The notes beneath the pieces were generated by a model. The model saw nothing but the letters and a program-made list of their open reading frames with translations. It ran no database searches and was not told where the DNA came from. Below are positions 1-12,381 of a DNA stretch of 64,000 nt, piece by piece (the stretch's first letter is position 1; every line of letters begins with the position of its first letter). The position numbers and the translations under genes were made by a program. Source of the DNA: Leucoraja ocellata (taxonomy: Eukaryota); contig JAWMAR010000033.1 of assembly GCA_036785375.1 (NCBI GenBank), positions 3,224,001-3,288,000 on the forward strand, written 5' to 3'.

Positions 1-78
1 CACCCCGCACTTACCATTCCTTTGACTTCTTCATAGCAATTTCTAGAGGTAGGCTGCAATCAGTATCTATTATAAACA

Positions 79-175
79 AAAGATAGACACAAAAAGCTGG
101 AGTTACAGAGCGAGTCAGGCTGCATCTCTGGAGCAAAGGAATAGGTGACATTTTGGGTCGAGACACTTCTTCAGA
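79..175 (-). mobile_element. Penelope-like element terminal-repeat fragment with decayed hammerhead motif
   Basis: Matches the 3' terminus of the element at 11613-12381. It is flanked by an 11-bp duplication TATTATAAACA (68-78 and 176-186). Confidence 0.75.
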
Positions 176-1399
176 TATTATAAACACTTGGATTCTGACT
201 GCTATCTTATCAAACATCCTCCCCACCCCCCCTGCTTCCTCTTGTCATACATATGCATAAGTGTATTTTAGGAATTGTGGACCACATTGTAATACCACGA
301 TACATTATTGGGTCAGTGTTTAGTGTTTAGCTGAAAGTTACCACCTTCAATAAAGGGTGTTCTGTTGATAGCTCTATTTGTTTATGCAAGCAGTAATAGA
401 ACATATCCTTCAGACATTACACTGGCGTTGAGTGCGGGATTTGCTGCATGAGGGAGTAGTAAGATAATGATCAACTGGAAAAGACAATAAAGACTGGGAT
501 TTGTTACAGAAAACTAATGATGGTAGCTAATTTGTCAGATACATCAGTGAGTTGAGACATATGAGCAGACTTAGCCAATAGCCTGTATATGAAACAAGTA
601 GAAATATTCCATTCTCAATGTCCAGGGTGAGGACATAGAAGAGAGGAACATGATCTTATGATGAGAGGGCTGAATATATGAGATATTGGTGATTCTGCTA
701 GTGCCACAGATCAACGTCAATGTTTTAAATACGATCTTAATTAAATCCTTTTGGTTCACAATCAAAGATAGAGACAGCTGCAAGTTTGATACTTGTAAAT
801 GATTGATTATAGCATAGTTAGGCAAAGTACACTAGCAATCAAAGAACATTTCCAGATCGTTTTCTGTGAAAATTGGCTAAACTACTTAATAGGGATGACT
901 TAACTCTTGAGGGACTACATTGTACCACCACCAGTGTGGAGATCAAGAATATGAGGCACATTCAGACACTCCACTGGCGTTAAGTGCGGGATGAACAAAT
1001 AAAACAAAATGCCATCAACACTACAGTGATAGATCATGCATTCATAGGAATTGACTTGGGTTTTGAAATACTATAGCCACAGGATCTCTAATGAAAGGAA
1101 TAGCTACAGAGTGCTGCTCCACAGACTGGACAGTAAACGCATCAGACATAAATGGTTTTATTTGCTACTGTGAGCAGTGGGCCACAACACCCTGTGAGGA
1201 TAACTGCAGTTAGGATAAATTCTACCCAGACATTTGTATGAGAGACAATCACTTGTTATTAGGTCACAACTTGTGTGGTCACTTATTCAGCCTAACTCCA
1301 ATGGTAAGCTGCAGTATTCAGGTAGTTTTGGAGACACCCCCTGCTTGCTCTGACCAAAATAACAAGAAACTAGTGAGATCAGTCTGGTTAGCTAACTTG

Positions 1400-1612
1400 A
1401 ATCTCACAAATTTCTGTAAAATCTTTGATGAGGTTCCTCACAAGAGATTCGTAAACAAATTAGAGGGCACACTGCTGGAGGAAGTTTATTGATAGAAACA
1501 AGGAATAGCAGATGCTGGTTTACACATAGTGCCGGAATAACTCCGTAGGTCAGGCAGCATCTCTGGAGAACATGGATAGGTGAGATTTCTGGTTGGGAAC
1601 CTTCTTCAGACA
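1400..1612. mobile_element. Old CR1 RT fragment (+, about 1400-1492) followed by a Penelope terminal fragment (-, about 1495-1612)
   Basis: The translation FCKIFDEVPHKRFVNKL resembles CR1 DFxKAFDKVPHxRLxxKL. The adjacent sequence matches the Penelope terminus. Confidence 0.65.
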
Positions 1613-1729
1613 TTTTGTCCTTTATTGTTTTGTTTTTTAAAACATTGCAGGAACAACGATATCAGGAGAGAGCCATTTTTGTTATAATTGGTGGAACGCA
1701 ACAAGAATCACTGTTGGGTTTCAACTGGT

Positions 1730-2180
1730 ACTTGGTATTGGTTTATTATTATCATGTGCACTGAGTTACAGTGAAAAGCATTTGTTTGTATGCTGTCCCA
1801 TTAAATCAGACCTTAAGTAAAACAGATTGTACAAAAATATATAATTTACTCCCTTGTAGCTTTACAGAATGTAATTTAGAGCCATGTAGCTTTGCAGTTC
1901 CAGGGAAAAGTTCACAATGAGGTCGGTTGGAAGATCAGGACTACACCCTAGCTTATGGAAGGACTGTTCAGTGGACTGATAACAGAAGGAAAGAAGCTGT
2001 TTTTAGTGTGTGCTTTCAACCTTTTGTATCTTCTGAGGGAAGAAGAGGGAATGACTAGAGTGAGAAAAGGTTTTTGATTATGATGGCCACTATCCCAAGG
2101 CAGTGTAGTGTAGATGGATTCAATGGTAGTCAATGTGATGGACTGGGCTACGTCCACAACTTTGCAATTTCTTGCAATGA
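1730..2180 (-). mobile_element. Degenerate Rex1/Babar LINE 3' end
   Basis: The minus-strand translation ...TTIESIYTT...RRYKRLKAHTKNSFFPSVISPLN matches the Rex1-type C-terminal motif seen intact at 4828-5115. Confidence 0.7.
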
Positions 2181-4679
2181 ACCGACTGACAATCAGCATT
2201 AAAACGACTGTTGTCCTGGGTCAGGGCACTCTACTCCCCCCTGAAATCATCCTAAGCACCACTCTGCTGGAAATTTCAGTCAGTAACAGAGGGAGAAAAG
2301 TAACGCAGCTGTTCCTCATTTTAAATAACAGCCCTTATAAAGAATTCATATGACTGTGTAACCATGTTTCTAGGCTGCTCACTGCAGCAGACCAGAATGA
2401 AATGCTTTGTTTTTTTCTTGCGGCTATGATTTTATAGATTTGGAAGTGTTTAGTGGTCAGATTTATTGGTGTTACTTAACCCGTGGTAATTTTTCTTGCT
2501 ACTTTTCTCCTTTTGCTTCCCACTCTTCAAAAATTGTTGACTCCCTTTTAATGTATAGTTCCAAGGGCACTGTGCACTCCGCTTTCTTTCTCAAAGGGGG
2601 ATTATTTATTTAAGCACCTTGAGAACATCAGATTATTTAATTATCAAGAAGGAGCAGGATAACTGTTCCTTTTAACCTCCCCGCTCAACAAAATCTTCTT
2701 CTTGTGTAAGCCTGGATTGTCTGACTGGCAATAATCCAACAACAAAGACAGAACTAGCTATGAGGCTCCAAATGATGGGTTCATGTGTGGACACTTAAAA
2801 CTTTGATACAATAACTGAAGGCAAACTACCCTCTAAGAGAAGAAAGAAAACTGTCTCATTACTGTCTTAAAGGCAACCTCTTACAATCACCTTGTAGATT
2901 ATTCTACAAGAGGAAGCATCCTCTACAAACCAACTGTGCCAAGTCCCTTTAGGATCTTATATGATTCAATTAAGTTCCTCTCACTCATTTGAACTCAGAG
3001 GGGATAAATCTATTTTGTTTGATCTTTCCTCAAAAGACATCTTATTCTGGGCATGTTCAATTAACCTTCTCTGAACTGCTTATCATCCTTTGTTAAATGA
3101 AGAGACAAATACTGCACACACTTCTCCAGATGCAGTCACACCAAAGGTGATCATTTTCAACTCTTTATTGCAGATGTCCAACATATGTATTTTTAATCGT
3201 TTTAGTCATTACTTCACAGTTACTGCTGCCAAATTATAATCATAATTGGTAATCACATCCAATAAATACTTGAAGCATCTTTCCAACATTTATCCGTTTC
3301 CAGTCAAAATCCAGATATTATGTTTATTTAAATTGGTTTAACGTTTTTCCTTCGTGAGTAATGCAGTCTTGTGAACATGAATTTATTCATTTATAATAAA
3401 AATAACAATAATAATTTCACTGTTGAGATTTATCTATTGAGTATTTAGAAGGCTGAGGTAGAAAGATTACCATAAGTACACGGGAATATAGAAAAACATA
3501 GAAAATAGGTGCAGGAGTAGGCCATTCGCCCCCTCGAGCCAACTATGGAGTTGAAGTTACAATTAGCTGAGCCATGATCTTATTAAAAGCTGAGAAACTA
3601 TACTCCTGCCCTTAGTTGTTATATGTGCAGCATGACAACGAAAGAAAATGCAAAATTAATATTTTAAATTGGCTCATTGTGAAGAAAGTAATTCCTGGTG
3701 GAAATAATCATCCTTATTTTTCTTATATTGCTATATAGAATTAATGTTTTAATATTATTAATGTTTAGTGTTTTCGGAGTCATTTGTAACTGTCACTGTA
3801 TGTCATGTTGTTACTTGTGGATGGAGCACCAAGGCAAATTCCTTGTATGTGAATATTTGGCTAATAAACTTACTTACTTAAAATTGCTACATAGTTATTT
3901 CATAATTTTTATTTTAAACTTATTGGATTAACAATAAAGTTGGGTTTAGATTCTGCCATATGTTTGCAGTAATCTGCATACAAAACACAATGTGCTTGAG
4001 GAACTCAGCAAGCCAGGCAGCATCTGGGGAGGGAATGGTGACATCTTGGGTTGGGACCAGTAGTCTGCAAGATGTTTTATTGTTTGTTATTAAATACTGA
4101 TAAACATTCTCAATGCCTCCAACCGTTTACTGGATGTTAGTCATCTTCAGGGGTATTAAATCTTCATTTCTTGTCCTTCATAGTTTCCTCAGATTTAGCA
4201 CAATTGGCCAAAATGAAGCTTTCTTGGTACAAACGGAAGAATAAATTGCTTTTACATTTAAAAAAATCTACATAAATGTAGTAATTTATATTAATCTGAA
4301 CAACATAATTAGCAGAGAAAATTATGTTATATATGAGAATGTAAAGCTAATTAATTTTCATTTTCACTGTGGATTAAATACCTCAGGTGCAGTATGTCAA
4401 AGGCAGATGCTGTGCACAGCACAGCTCCTCCGGTGTTGCCCTGACAACCCAGATTTTTGTTTTAAGACATGCAAATATATTTTTAGTAACTGAACTCATA
4501 CTTTAGGTTGCTTGGAATCAAGCTCAGAAACAGATCAAATGACAACACTTGTTGACTTGATCACTTTCCCTTCTAATTTGCCAAATGGTAAATAGTAGGG
4601 CTTTGCTACGGAAAACAACATTGTTGCTTTTGGTCACGGAAAAAGGTAGAGACCGAGTTGGTTGTAATATCAGCCGTGT

Positions 4680-4827
4680 TAAGGGCCTGTCCCACTTTCC
4701 CGAGTTATTCACAATTTCTCCCGAGTTTTCCCCTGGATTCAAACTCGCAGAATGTTCGTAATGTCCGTAGGAGGCCGTAGATATATCGTAGTGGCTCATT
4801 ATGCCAGCCGTAGGTACTCGGGGCATC
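4680..4827. mobile_element. PIF/Harbinger-like non-autonomous element end, interrupted by Rex1
   Basis: It begins TAA GGGCCTGTCCCACTT, related to the TIR of the MITEs at 23789 and 40738. Related sequence resumes after 5262. Confidence 0.5.
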
Positions 4828-5262
4828 GTATGGTATGGCAACTGCTCTGTCTCCGACCGGAAGGTATTGCAGAGGGTGGTGAAAATTGCCCAACGCATCA
4901 CCGGTTCCTCGCTCCCCTCCATTGAGTCTGTCCAAAGCAAGCGTTGTCTGCGGAGGGCGCTCAGCATCGCCAAGGACTGCTCTCACCCCAACCATGGACT
5001 GTTTAACCTCCTACCATCCGGGAGGTGCTACAGGTCTCTCCGTTGCCGAACCCGCAGTTCGAGGAACAGCTTCTTTCCGGCGGCTGTCACTCTACTCAAC
5101 AACGTACCTCAGTGACTGTCAATCACCACCCCCTCCGGACACTTATTATTATTTATTCAAATCATTTGCTATGTCGCTCTTCCAGGGAGATGCTAACTGC
5201 ATTTCGTTGTCTCTGTACTGTACACTGACAATGACAATTAAAATTGAATCTGAATCTGAATC
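4828..5262 (+). mobile_element. Rex1/Babar LINE, 5'-truncated, young
   Basis: Open C-terminal ORF WYGNCSVSDRKVLQRVVKIAQRITGSSLPSIESVQSKRCLRRALSIAKDCSHPNHGLFNLLPSGRCYRSLRCRTRSSRNSFFPAAVTLLN, then a 3' UTR ending TGACAATTAAA and a (TGAATC)n tail. Confidence 0.9.
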
Positions 5263-6379
5263 TGGCAAGTCGGGACATTTTTTCCAGCCTGATAAAAAAT
5301 GTCCACTAGTAAAAAAAAGTCGGGAGGACTACAATATCATGTTTTGGTGCAGCAAAGCAAGAATTTCATTGGCCTATCTGGGACACATGACAATAAACTC
5401 ACTTGACTGGTCTTGACTTTTCATTCCATCCACTGAAAGTGTCTGCATGAATACTTTGTTCTTTGGGAATCCTGCATGATTACTGTGTTCGCAAGATTCG
5501 TATAGTATTTAAAGTTAGAAAACTCATTTGGGCTTTACCACATGCCTCAGCAATGATGAATTATATATTTTTACAGTCCCTTGCATCTCCATTGCTACCA
5601 AGCAAATGCTTAATGTACATACATTTTCTTCTTTAAAACACTATTTTGAAGAGGTAGACTTTAGCTTGAATTTGTGGATAAAACACCGCACAAACACATT
5701 TAACATTTATTCACCAGAAATATTCAGGCTTCATTCCCTTTTCAGTAGAAGTTCCAGATTTATGGCTTATTCTTAGAAAACAGTAATTACCTTTGCTGTT
5801 TTACTCAGTCAGGTTTGAAAATGAAAGCTCCATTTTTGCCTCATTGATTTGATGTTATCTCCTTAACACAAAAGGTCAGCTTTAAAATATAAAGGAATAA
5901 GCACTTTTATAATTTTATCACCAGCTTATTGCATAGGAAAAGGGGAACAAAAGAATTGTACATTTGCTCCAAGTTCTATAATCTGGCATTTATTTGCTTG
6001 AGACCTAACCTGATACCCAGTTTGGCAAGACTTTAGTTTTCAAATTTGCATCCATGCTTCCAAATCTCCCCACATGCCATGTGCTTTTACATCTTTCCCA
6101 TCGTTTCAACCCTCATCCTTGTTTAATCATGCCAGCATTGGCATCTAAATACTTAGTTGCCCAAGCTTCAGAATTCCATCTCTTTACTTAAGATCAATCT
6201 CTATTTCTCTCTCCTTTAAGATACTGATTAAAAGCTACTTTCTTCTTTTGGTCACCTGCTAATAACTTAGGTGCCAGCAAAAATCTGTCGGTTTCAAGTT
6301 GCAAACATTTACTTTTCATATTAATTCTTTGGGATGTGGGTGCATTCAGCAAGACCAACAGTCATGTCAGTGCTTAAAT

Positions 6380-8700
6380 AACCTTAAGGCGGCAGTGCTG
6401 AACATCTTAAATCACTGCAGTCAGTTTGGCAAAAACATGCCTGCCAAGCTACTGGATCGGGAATCGAATGATTTAGAGGTTTTAGCTATTTATTTCTAGG
6501 TCAGAAAGGAGTGCTGCTGGAATGAAACCTACAAATGGCGGGGCTTCCATGTGTCTGTTGACCTTGCCCTTGGTATTGGTGTTTGGGAGGGGCTGTCACA
6601 GTAGTCAAGGCAAGTCCCATCAATGAAATGTATTGGATTTGCACATAGCAGCAAAAGAGTCATAGTCATAGAATTATACAGCATGGAACCAGGCCCTTTA
6701 GCCCAACATGTCCATACCAACTAACATGCTCCATCTACACTAGTCCCACCTACCTGCATTTGTCTCATATCCTTCTAAACCTATCCTATCCATGTACCTG
6801 GCCAAATGTCTTTTAAAGCAGCAGCAGCAGCAGTAGAAGGAAGAAATGTTAAGATGCTGAATGAGATGACAGTCAGGTAGATGGAGGTGTTGTTGATGTT
6901 GCACGCATCCAGTCAAGTGGGAAGTATTCTATTGTGCTCCTGACCTGTACTCATCCTTCTAAATTCCAGTTGATACAAGCCCAGTCGCTCCATTCTTTCA
7001 ACATACGACAGTCCCGCCATCCCAGTTATTACAGCCACATGCAGATTTATAATTAAGTTAACATTAATTTTGCATTATGTGAAGCCAGCCATAATATGGT
7101 AATGAATCTGGTTGTACATTATAACATTTGGGTTGTTTAAATTAGTTTAGGGTTCTACTAAAACATAAGATCTGAGCAAAATGCAGAGACTGAAGCACAT
7201 GGGAATGGTGCCTGAACTGAAATTCTTAAATGTATTAGTGAAACACATTGATCTTTCACAGGCTGAGCTAAGTGTGAAATTTATTGCCAAAATGCAAGAC
7301 TAAACTGCAAATACCACCCAGCACAGATAACGTAATTTAGAATTCATGTCCCTATAAAAACAATTTCCATCTATGTCCAGACAGTTGATATACAACACTA
7401 CTAAAACACATTTGTAAAGACACCTTTAAAGGATATAAGGGAACTCAGCAACCTAAATTATAATTTCATTTGCAGACCCTAAACCAGGTGGCACATTTTC
7501 TGATTGCGCATGGACTTAACTTTAACACAATTTTAATCTTATAATCAAGGGGATTATGGTATAATCTTAAATGCAATAATAATACAAATCTTCTTCAATA
7601 AAGCTCTGGGCTTTGTCATTGAAGTATTTATTTAAAGCAGATTAAAATTTTTAATTTACCAACAGATTATATTAATTCATGACTGTAATTCTGTTTCCCT
7701 GCTTCATAATGAAGTTCTCCTGTATGGAGAGTCCTGTTATTTCTTTTTATCTATGGATAGTAGACTTACTGACAAGATCAATGTTTTATTGCAGTCCTTA
7801 TGCTGAAGGTCATGTTAGTCAAGGAATCCCACGTTTAAACAGCAATGGTGATGGAACAATAAATTACTTCCACCATCAGGATGGTGTGTGACTTGGAGGG
7901 TTATCTCTAGGTAATGGTACTTCCACATGTCTGCTTTTATCCTCCTCCTCAGTGGACGTCTCGGGCTTTGGAGGTGCTGTTGCAGAAGCATTAGCAAATA
8001 ATTGTCGTAGGTGATACATACTACAGCTATGTTGTGTAGGTGAGGTAGTAAGGATACATTCAAGATGGTGGATCAGCTTCCCACAGAACAATTAATTTAT
8101 CCTAGCTACTTTTGAGCTTCTCAAATGAGATTGGAGCTGTTCCCACCCAGTCACACATAGGGCATTCTATCACTCTGCAGATCTCTGCCTTAAAATTGGT
8201 GGTATGGCTTGGTGCAGTTCATTCCTTGCTGGAGGATAGCCAGTGTCTTGCGTCAGGGTATATAGGTGGGAGGTCCAATTAAGTTTCTGGTCAACATTAT
8301 CCCCATGATGCAATGTAACATTTTGTTGGGCATTGTTCATTCTGAGCTCTTGTTGTGGATGGCCAGTGCACAGCCCCTACGTGCTGTAAGTGTTATTTGG
8401 CATTCACCTGAAAGATGCTTAGTCAAGAAAGGTTGGTCTGTTTTCTGAGAGGATGTGTGAGGAATTGAACATTGTGTAACCATTTGTGAATGAACCCACT
8501 TCTGATGTATATAATGAGAGGGAAGGTCACTGATGAAGTGGTTAAAGATGGTTCAGCCTAGGACTCTGGCCAAAGAACTCCTCCATCTCCTGCAACACTC
8601 AGGAACGGAGATGATTGACCTCCAACACTACAACCATGTTTCTTGTTGGGGTTTGTTTGGCAGGCCCATTCTGACACCAATGTTTTTACTGATTGGGTCA
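6380..8700. mobile_element. Patchwork of old non-LTR retroposon fragments (about 6380-6960 and 7870-8700) with CR1-tail inserts (about 6660-6810 and 6950-7025)
   Basis: The two segments resemble each other and have no open frame. The inserts match CR1/SINE tails seen elsewhere in the window. Confidence 0.45.
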
Positions 8701-9497
8701 TATTTGTCAGTAACATTGCTTATTCACTGATCTTAATGAAATTCATTGATGATATTAGGCAGGGTACATTTTGTACCAGTACTGACCAGTAGTTTTTCCA
8801 GGTACTGTTTGACATGGCCAAATATTGATTCATAAGATGAGAGAGGATGGTTAGTGGTAATCAGTCAGATATTTCCTTGCCACTGTTTGACCTGATATCA
8901 TGTGACAGGATTAGAATGAATGTTGAGCTCCTTCTTGACATCTTGTTTGGTGGATCTGTCTTGATGGTGGGACAAAACATTAAGTGATATGATTAAGGAT
9001 TCTTGGAAATGGGCAGATGGATGCGATTCTATGAGCACAAAAACATTAGATTGTCACTGGTTTGGCCTGTGGGACAACCATCTCAGTTTAGACATTAGTC
9101 CTGATGTTTGCACAAAGTTGATTACACTGGGAGTGAGTCCAAATCCAAGTCTGATACTGTGCGTCCATCCAATTTTTATTCTTATTGTGACTTAAGAACC
9201 GAATGGTTTTACAAGTCATTTCAGAAAACAGTTAAGATCCAATTACAGTATATGGTTGCTGGTCTGTGGTCACTTGTAAAATAGCAGATTTCCTTCTCCG
9301 AAAGACATTTGTAAAGGAGATTTCATGATTATGTCACACTGAAACTGATTCTATTTGAAAAAAATACAGATTGAATTAATAGAATTCTCCAGGTGAGACT
9401 TTACTATAAAAAAAGATTATCTTTTTAAAAAAGCACAAACTGCTTGTTTCATGTTGCTTTGATCTGAACCATTTTAATCTTGAGAATGCAGAAATGT

Positions 9498-9896
9498 NNN
9501 NNNNNNNNNNNNNNNNNNNNNNNNNNNNNNNNNNNNNNNNNNNNNNNNNNNNNNNNNNNNNNNNNNNNNNNNNNNNNNNNNNNNNNNNNNNNNNNNNNNN
9601 NNNNNNNNNNNNNNNNNNNNNNNNNNNNNNNNNNNNNNNNNNNNNNNNNNNNNNNNNNNNNNNNNNNNNNNNNNNNNNNNNNNNNNNNNNNNNNNNNNNN
9701 NNNNNNNNNNNNNNNNNNNNNNNNNNNNNNNNNNNNNNNNNNNNNNNNNNNNNNNNNNNNNNNNNNNNNNNNNNNNNNNNNNNNNNNNNNNNNNNNNNNN
9801 NNNNNNNNNNNNNNNNNNNNNNNNNNNNNNNNNNNNNNNNNNNNNNNNNNNNNNNNNNNNNNNNNNNNNNNNNNNNNNNNNNNNNNNNNNNNNNNN
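9498..9896. other. Assembly gap (399 N)
   Basis: Run of N. Confidence 1.
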
Positions 9897-10312
9897 TTTT
9901 CTGGAAATACTGAGATGAAAGTGGTGGGAATACCTTTTCAATCAATCTTGAGATTAGTAACATTTGACTACCAGCATAATACTAGTTGTACCCATTGAAA
10001 ATGCATCAGCAAAACATGAACATATTTATATATCTGGGATTCCAACCTATAAGGCTTGTAGGTAGAGACTCATGTCGGCACTTGTCTGTGAAGAGAGCTT
10101 GTTGTGTTTTGGCAATAGTCCCTGTCTCAACTACTTCTTCTGGCAGCTCATTCCATTTACCCCCCACCCTTTGTGCGAAAAAGCTACCACTTAGTTTCCC
10201 ATTACATAAATCTTTTCCCATTCACCTTCAACTTATATTCTCTGCAGAACAAATTCCCTGAACAAATTCCCAATGAACTCATTCTCGAATTAGATTGGCA
10301 CGTTATCCTCAC

Positions 10313-10352
10313 CTGTTGGGCTCCACCAAGTTTGGCAAAGAAACCAAGAAGT
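10313..10352 (-). other. Putative short non-coding first exon of a divergent transcript
   Basis: On the minus strand, TATTTAAA (10378-10371) is followed about 25-30 nt later by a pyrimidine-rich start region and then the donor CAACAG|GTGAGG at 10313/10312. Confidence 0.45.
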
Positions 10353-10367
10353 TGGGAGCGAAAATAA

Positions 10368-10520
10368 GGCTTTAAATAGGCGGCATCTTGATGGACGTCT
10401 GCCTTATCCAATCAACGCCGGGATGGGCCGGCGTCCTGGCCAATGGGGCGGGTTAGGGGGCGTTCCCGGCGGCGGGACTTGAGGCCGCGCGCTGGGTTTC
10501 GTCCGTTTTCCATTCAAAAC
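10368..10520. promoter_or_regulatory. PEBP4: CpG-rich, probably bidirectional promoter of PEBP4
   Basis: This is the clearest non-repeat CpG-dense patch in the window. It has CCAAT boxes at 10408-10412 and 10440-10444, a GC box GGGGCGGG at 10445-10452, E2F-like TTCCCGGC and GGCGGGA at 10463-10477, and a minus-strand TATTTAAA at 10378-10371. It lies 3.1 kb upstream of the first clear coding exon. Confidence 0.8.
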
Positions 10521-10624
10521 ACCTGGCCTTGCAGGAGGCGTCGAACTTGTCGCGTGACATTTCATTTTTTATATGTGTGTATATATATATTTTTTTTTAA
10601 AAGAAGCATGCTTATCGTTAACAG
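10500..10624 (+). other. PEBP4: Probable PEBP4 exon 1 (5' UTR, possibly with in-frame ATG at 10608); start approximate
   Basis: A strong donor CAG|GTAAGC at 10624/10625 sits directly downstream of the promoter. The next exon has an acceptor one base before its ATG, so an upstream exon is expected. Confidence 0.65.
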
Positions 10625-11612
10625 GTAAGCATATTGTGCAATACCGTGCGCCAAGTTATGAAGTGAAGCTGGTTTTTTCCATTTTGTCTGAACATGCTTT
10701 TCACCAGTTTTGTCTCTCCTGTGTTAGTTGCATGTTTTCTGTCAAAGCAAATAAACAATAACTACAAAGGGAAGAGGTCAGGTGTTTACGTGGCCTTTTT
10801 GGAAATGAATGGAGAAAATTAAATGTATGTTTTCCTCTACTTTTTTTATCAATCAAGGACTTAATTTTTCTCTCCTGTCGGTTAGATGTTTTCTTCTAAA
10901 GCAAATATTAAAAAAAACTATAAAGGGAAGGGGTCGGGTGTTTTTAGTAGCCCTTTGGAAATGATTGTAAAAAAAATCAATGTGTATTTTCCTCTACTTG
11001 CCAGTGTTGTCAACTTGTGTGTGGCTTTCTTTTTTAATGAAGATGGAGACTGCTTAGTTCTGTGTTCAACAGTCCAGTGGGAATGTGTTTACATTTGCTG
11101 GCAGTGGTTCAACATAAGGGAACATGATTACAGTGAAGATCCAGACTGAGTTGAAGTGAGGTCAAAGGGAAATTATATCTGCTGGCGTGATCTGTAACCA
11201 GCAAACATTTGGTTGAAAATGTCAAGCTGTTTGATTTGAACATGACTGTGCTCAACCACATTTGGATAGAACACAGAAGGTGTCCCTAGTTATTGAAAAA
11301 TTGTGGCATCGTGGACTCAAAAGCATGTGGCAAGGAGCAGTCATGGATCTGCATTGCAAATGCCTGCCCTGAACCTATGTTATGGAGGAATTCATTCAGA
11401 CAACCTACAGGCAAACAACTTGCATAATTTCTGCTGTTGCTCATCCCAGACTCATAAAAGGATGCTGATCACAGGGTCATTAGCATTACACATACTGGTT
11501 GAGTCACAAAGTCCTGGAAAGTTGATGGAAAGGTGTGAATTTGAACCAATAGGGGAACTAAGAGATTCATAGAATTGAATAAATCTGATTGGCAAAGCTA
11601 GTGATTTTGATG

Positions 11613-12381
11613 TTTATTGAAGAGTCCTCTGACAGTTTCGCCACCTCCAATGGGATCCCACCACTGGCCACACCTTCCCATCTTCTCCCCTGTCTGCTTT
11701 CTGCAGAGACTGCTCCCTCCGTAACTCCCTGGTCAATTCGTCCCTTCCCAACCAAACCACCCCCTTTCCTGGCACTTTCCCTTGCAACCGCAGGGAATGC
11801 TACACTTGTCGCTTTACCTCCCCCTCCTTGACTCCATTCAAGGACCCAAGCAATCTTTTCAGGTGCGGCAGAGGTTCACCTGCACCTCCTCCAACCTCAC
11901 CTATTGCATCCGCTGCTCTAGGTGTCAGCTGCTCTACATCGGTGAGACCAAGTGTAGGCTTGGCGATCGCTTTGCCCAACAACTCTGGTTGGTTCGCAAT
12001 AACCAACTTGATCTCCTGGTGGCTCAGCACTTCAACTCCCCCTCCCATTCCAAATCTGACCTTTCTGTCCTGGGCCTCCTCCATGGCCGGAGTGAAGCCC
12101 ACTGTAAATTGGAGGAGCAGCACCTCATATTTCACTTGGGCAGTTTACACCCCAGTGGTATGATCATTGACTTCTCTAATTTCAGGTCGTCCCTGCTTTC
12201 TCCTCCCCTTCCCAGCTCTCGCTCAGCCCGCTGTCTCTGCCTCTTCCTTTCTTCTTCCAGCCCCCCCACCCCCCATCCTCACATCAGTCTGAAGAAGGGT
12301 CTCGACCTGAAACATTGCCTATTTACTTTGCACCATAGATGCTGCCTGACCCACTGAGTTTCTCCAGCATTTTTGTCTACC
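11613..12381 (+). mobile_element. Penelope-like retroelement, 5'-truncated: GIY-YIG endonuclease plus terminal repeat
   Basis: ORF 11782-12357 contains FTCTSSNLTYCIRCSRCQLLYIGETKCRLGDRF...VAQHFNSPSH...LEEQHLIFHLGSLHPSGM, the PLE GIY-YIG domain with CxxC. The terminal repeat has CTGAAGAAGGGTCTCGACCTGAAAC at 12289. A near-perfect flanking duplication is present: AGTGATTTTGATG (11600-11612) and AGTGGTTTTGATG (12382-12394). Confidence 0.92.

Noticed and set aside
11-226. 71-aa minus-strand ORF and an apparent exon DTDCSLPLEIAMKKSKEW with good splice sites
   Set aside because: Half of the ORF is a Penelope terminal insertion that happens to preserve frame, and the apparent acceptor is created at the insertion junction. 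No protein family is recognisable.
405-1040. Possible C/D-box snoRNAs on the minus strand (repeat ends in TGTCTGA)
   Set aside because: There is no proper RTGATGA C box at a suitable distance and no recognisable rRNA or snRNA antisense element.
41-2576. Recurring minus-strand peptide C-[ST]-[LV]-P-L-E at 58-41, 1313-1296 and 2576-2559 (Kunitz-start-like)
   Set aside because: Each copy is closely bounded by stops with no further Kunitz cysteines. A six-residue match in highly degenerate codons, found after the fact, is compatible with chance.
9376-9998. Long ORFs in the ORF track
   Set aside because: They are artefacts of translating through the N gap.
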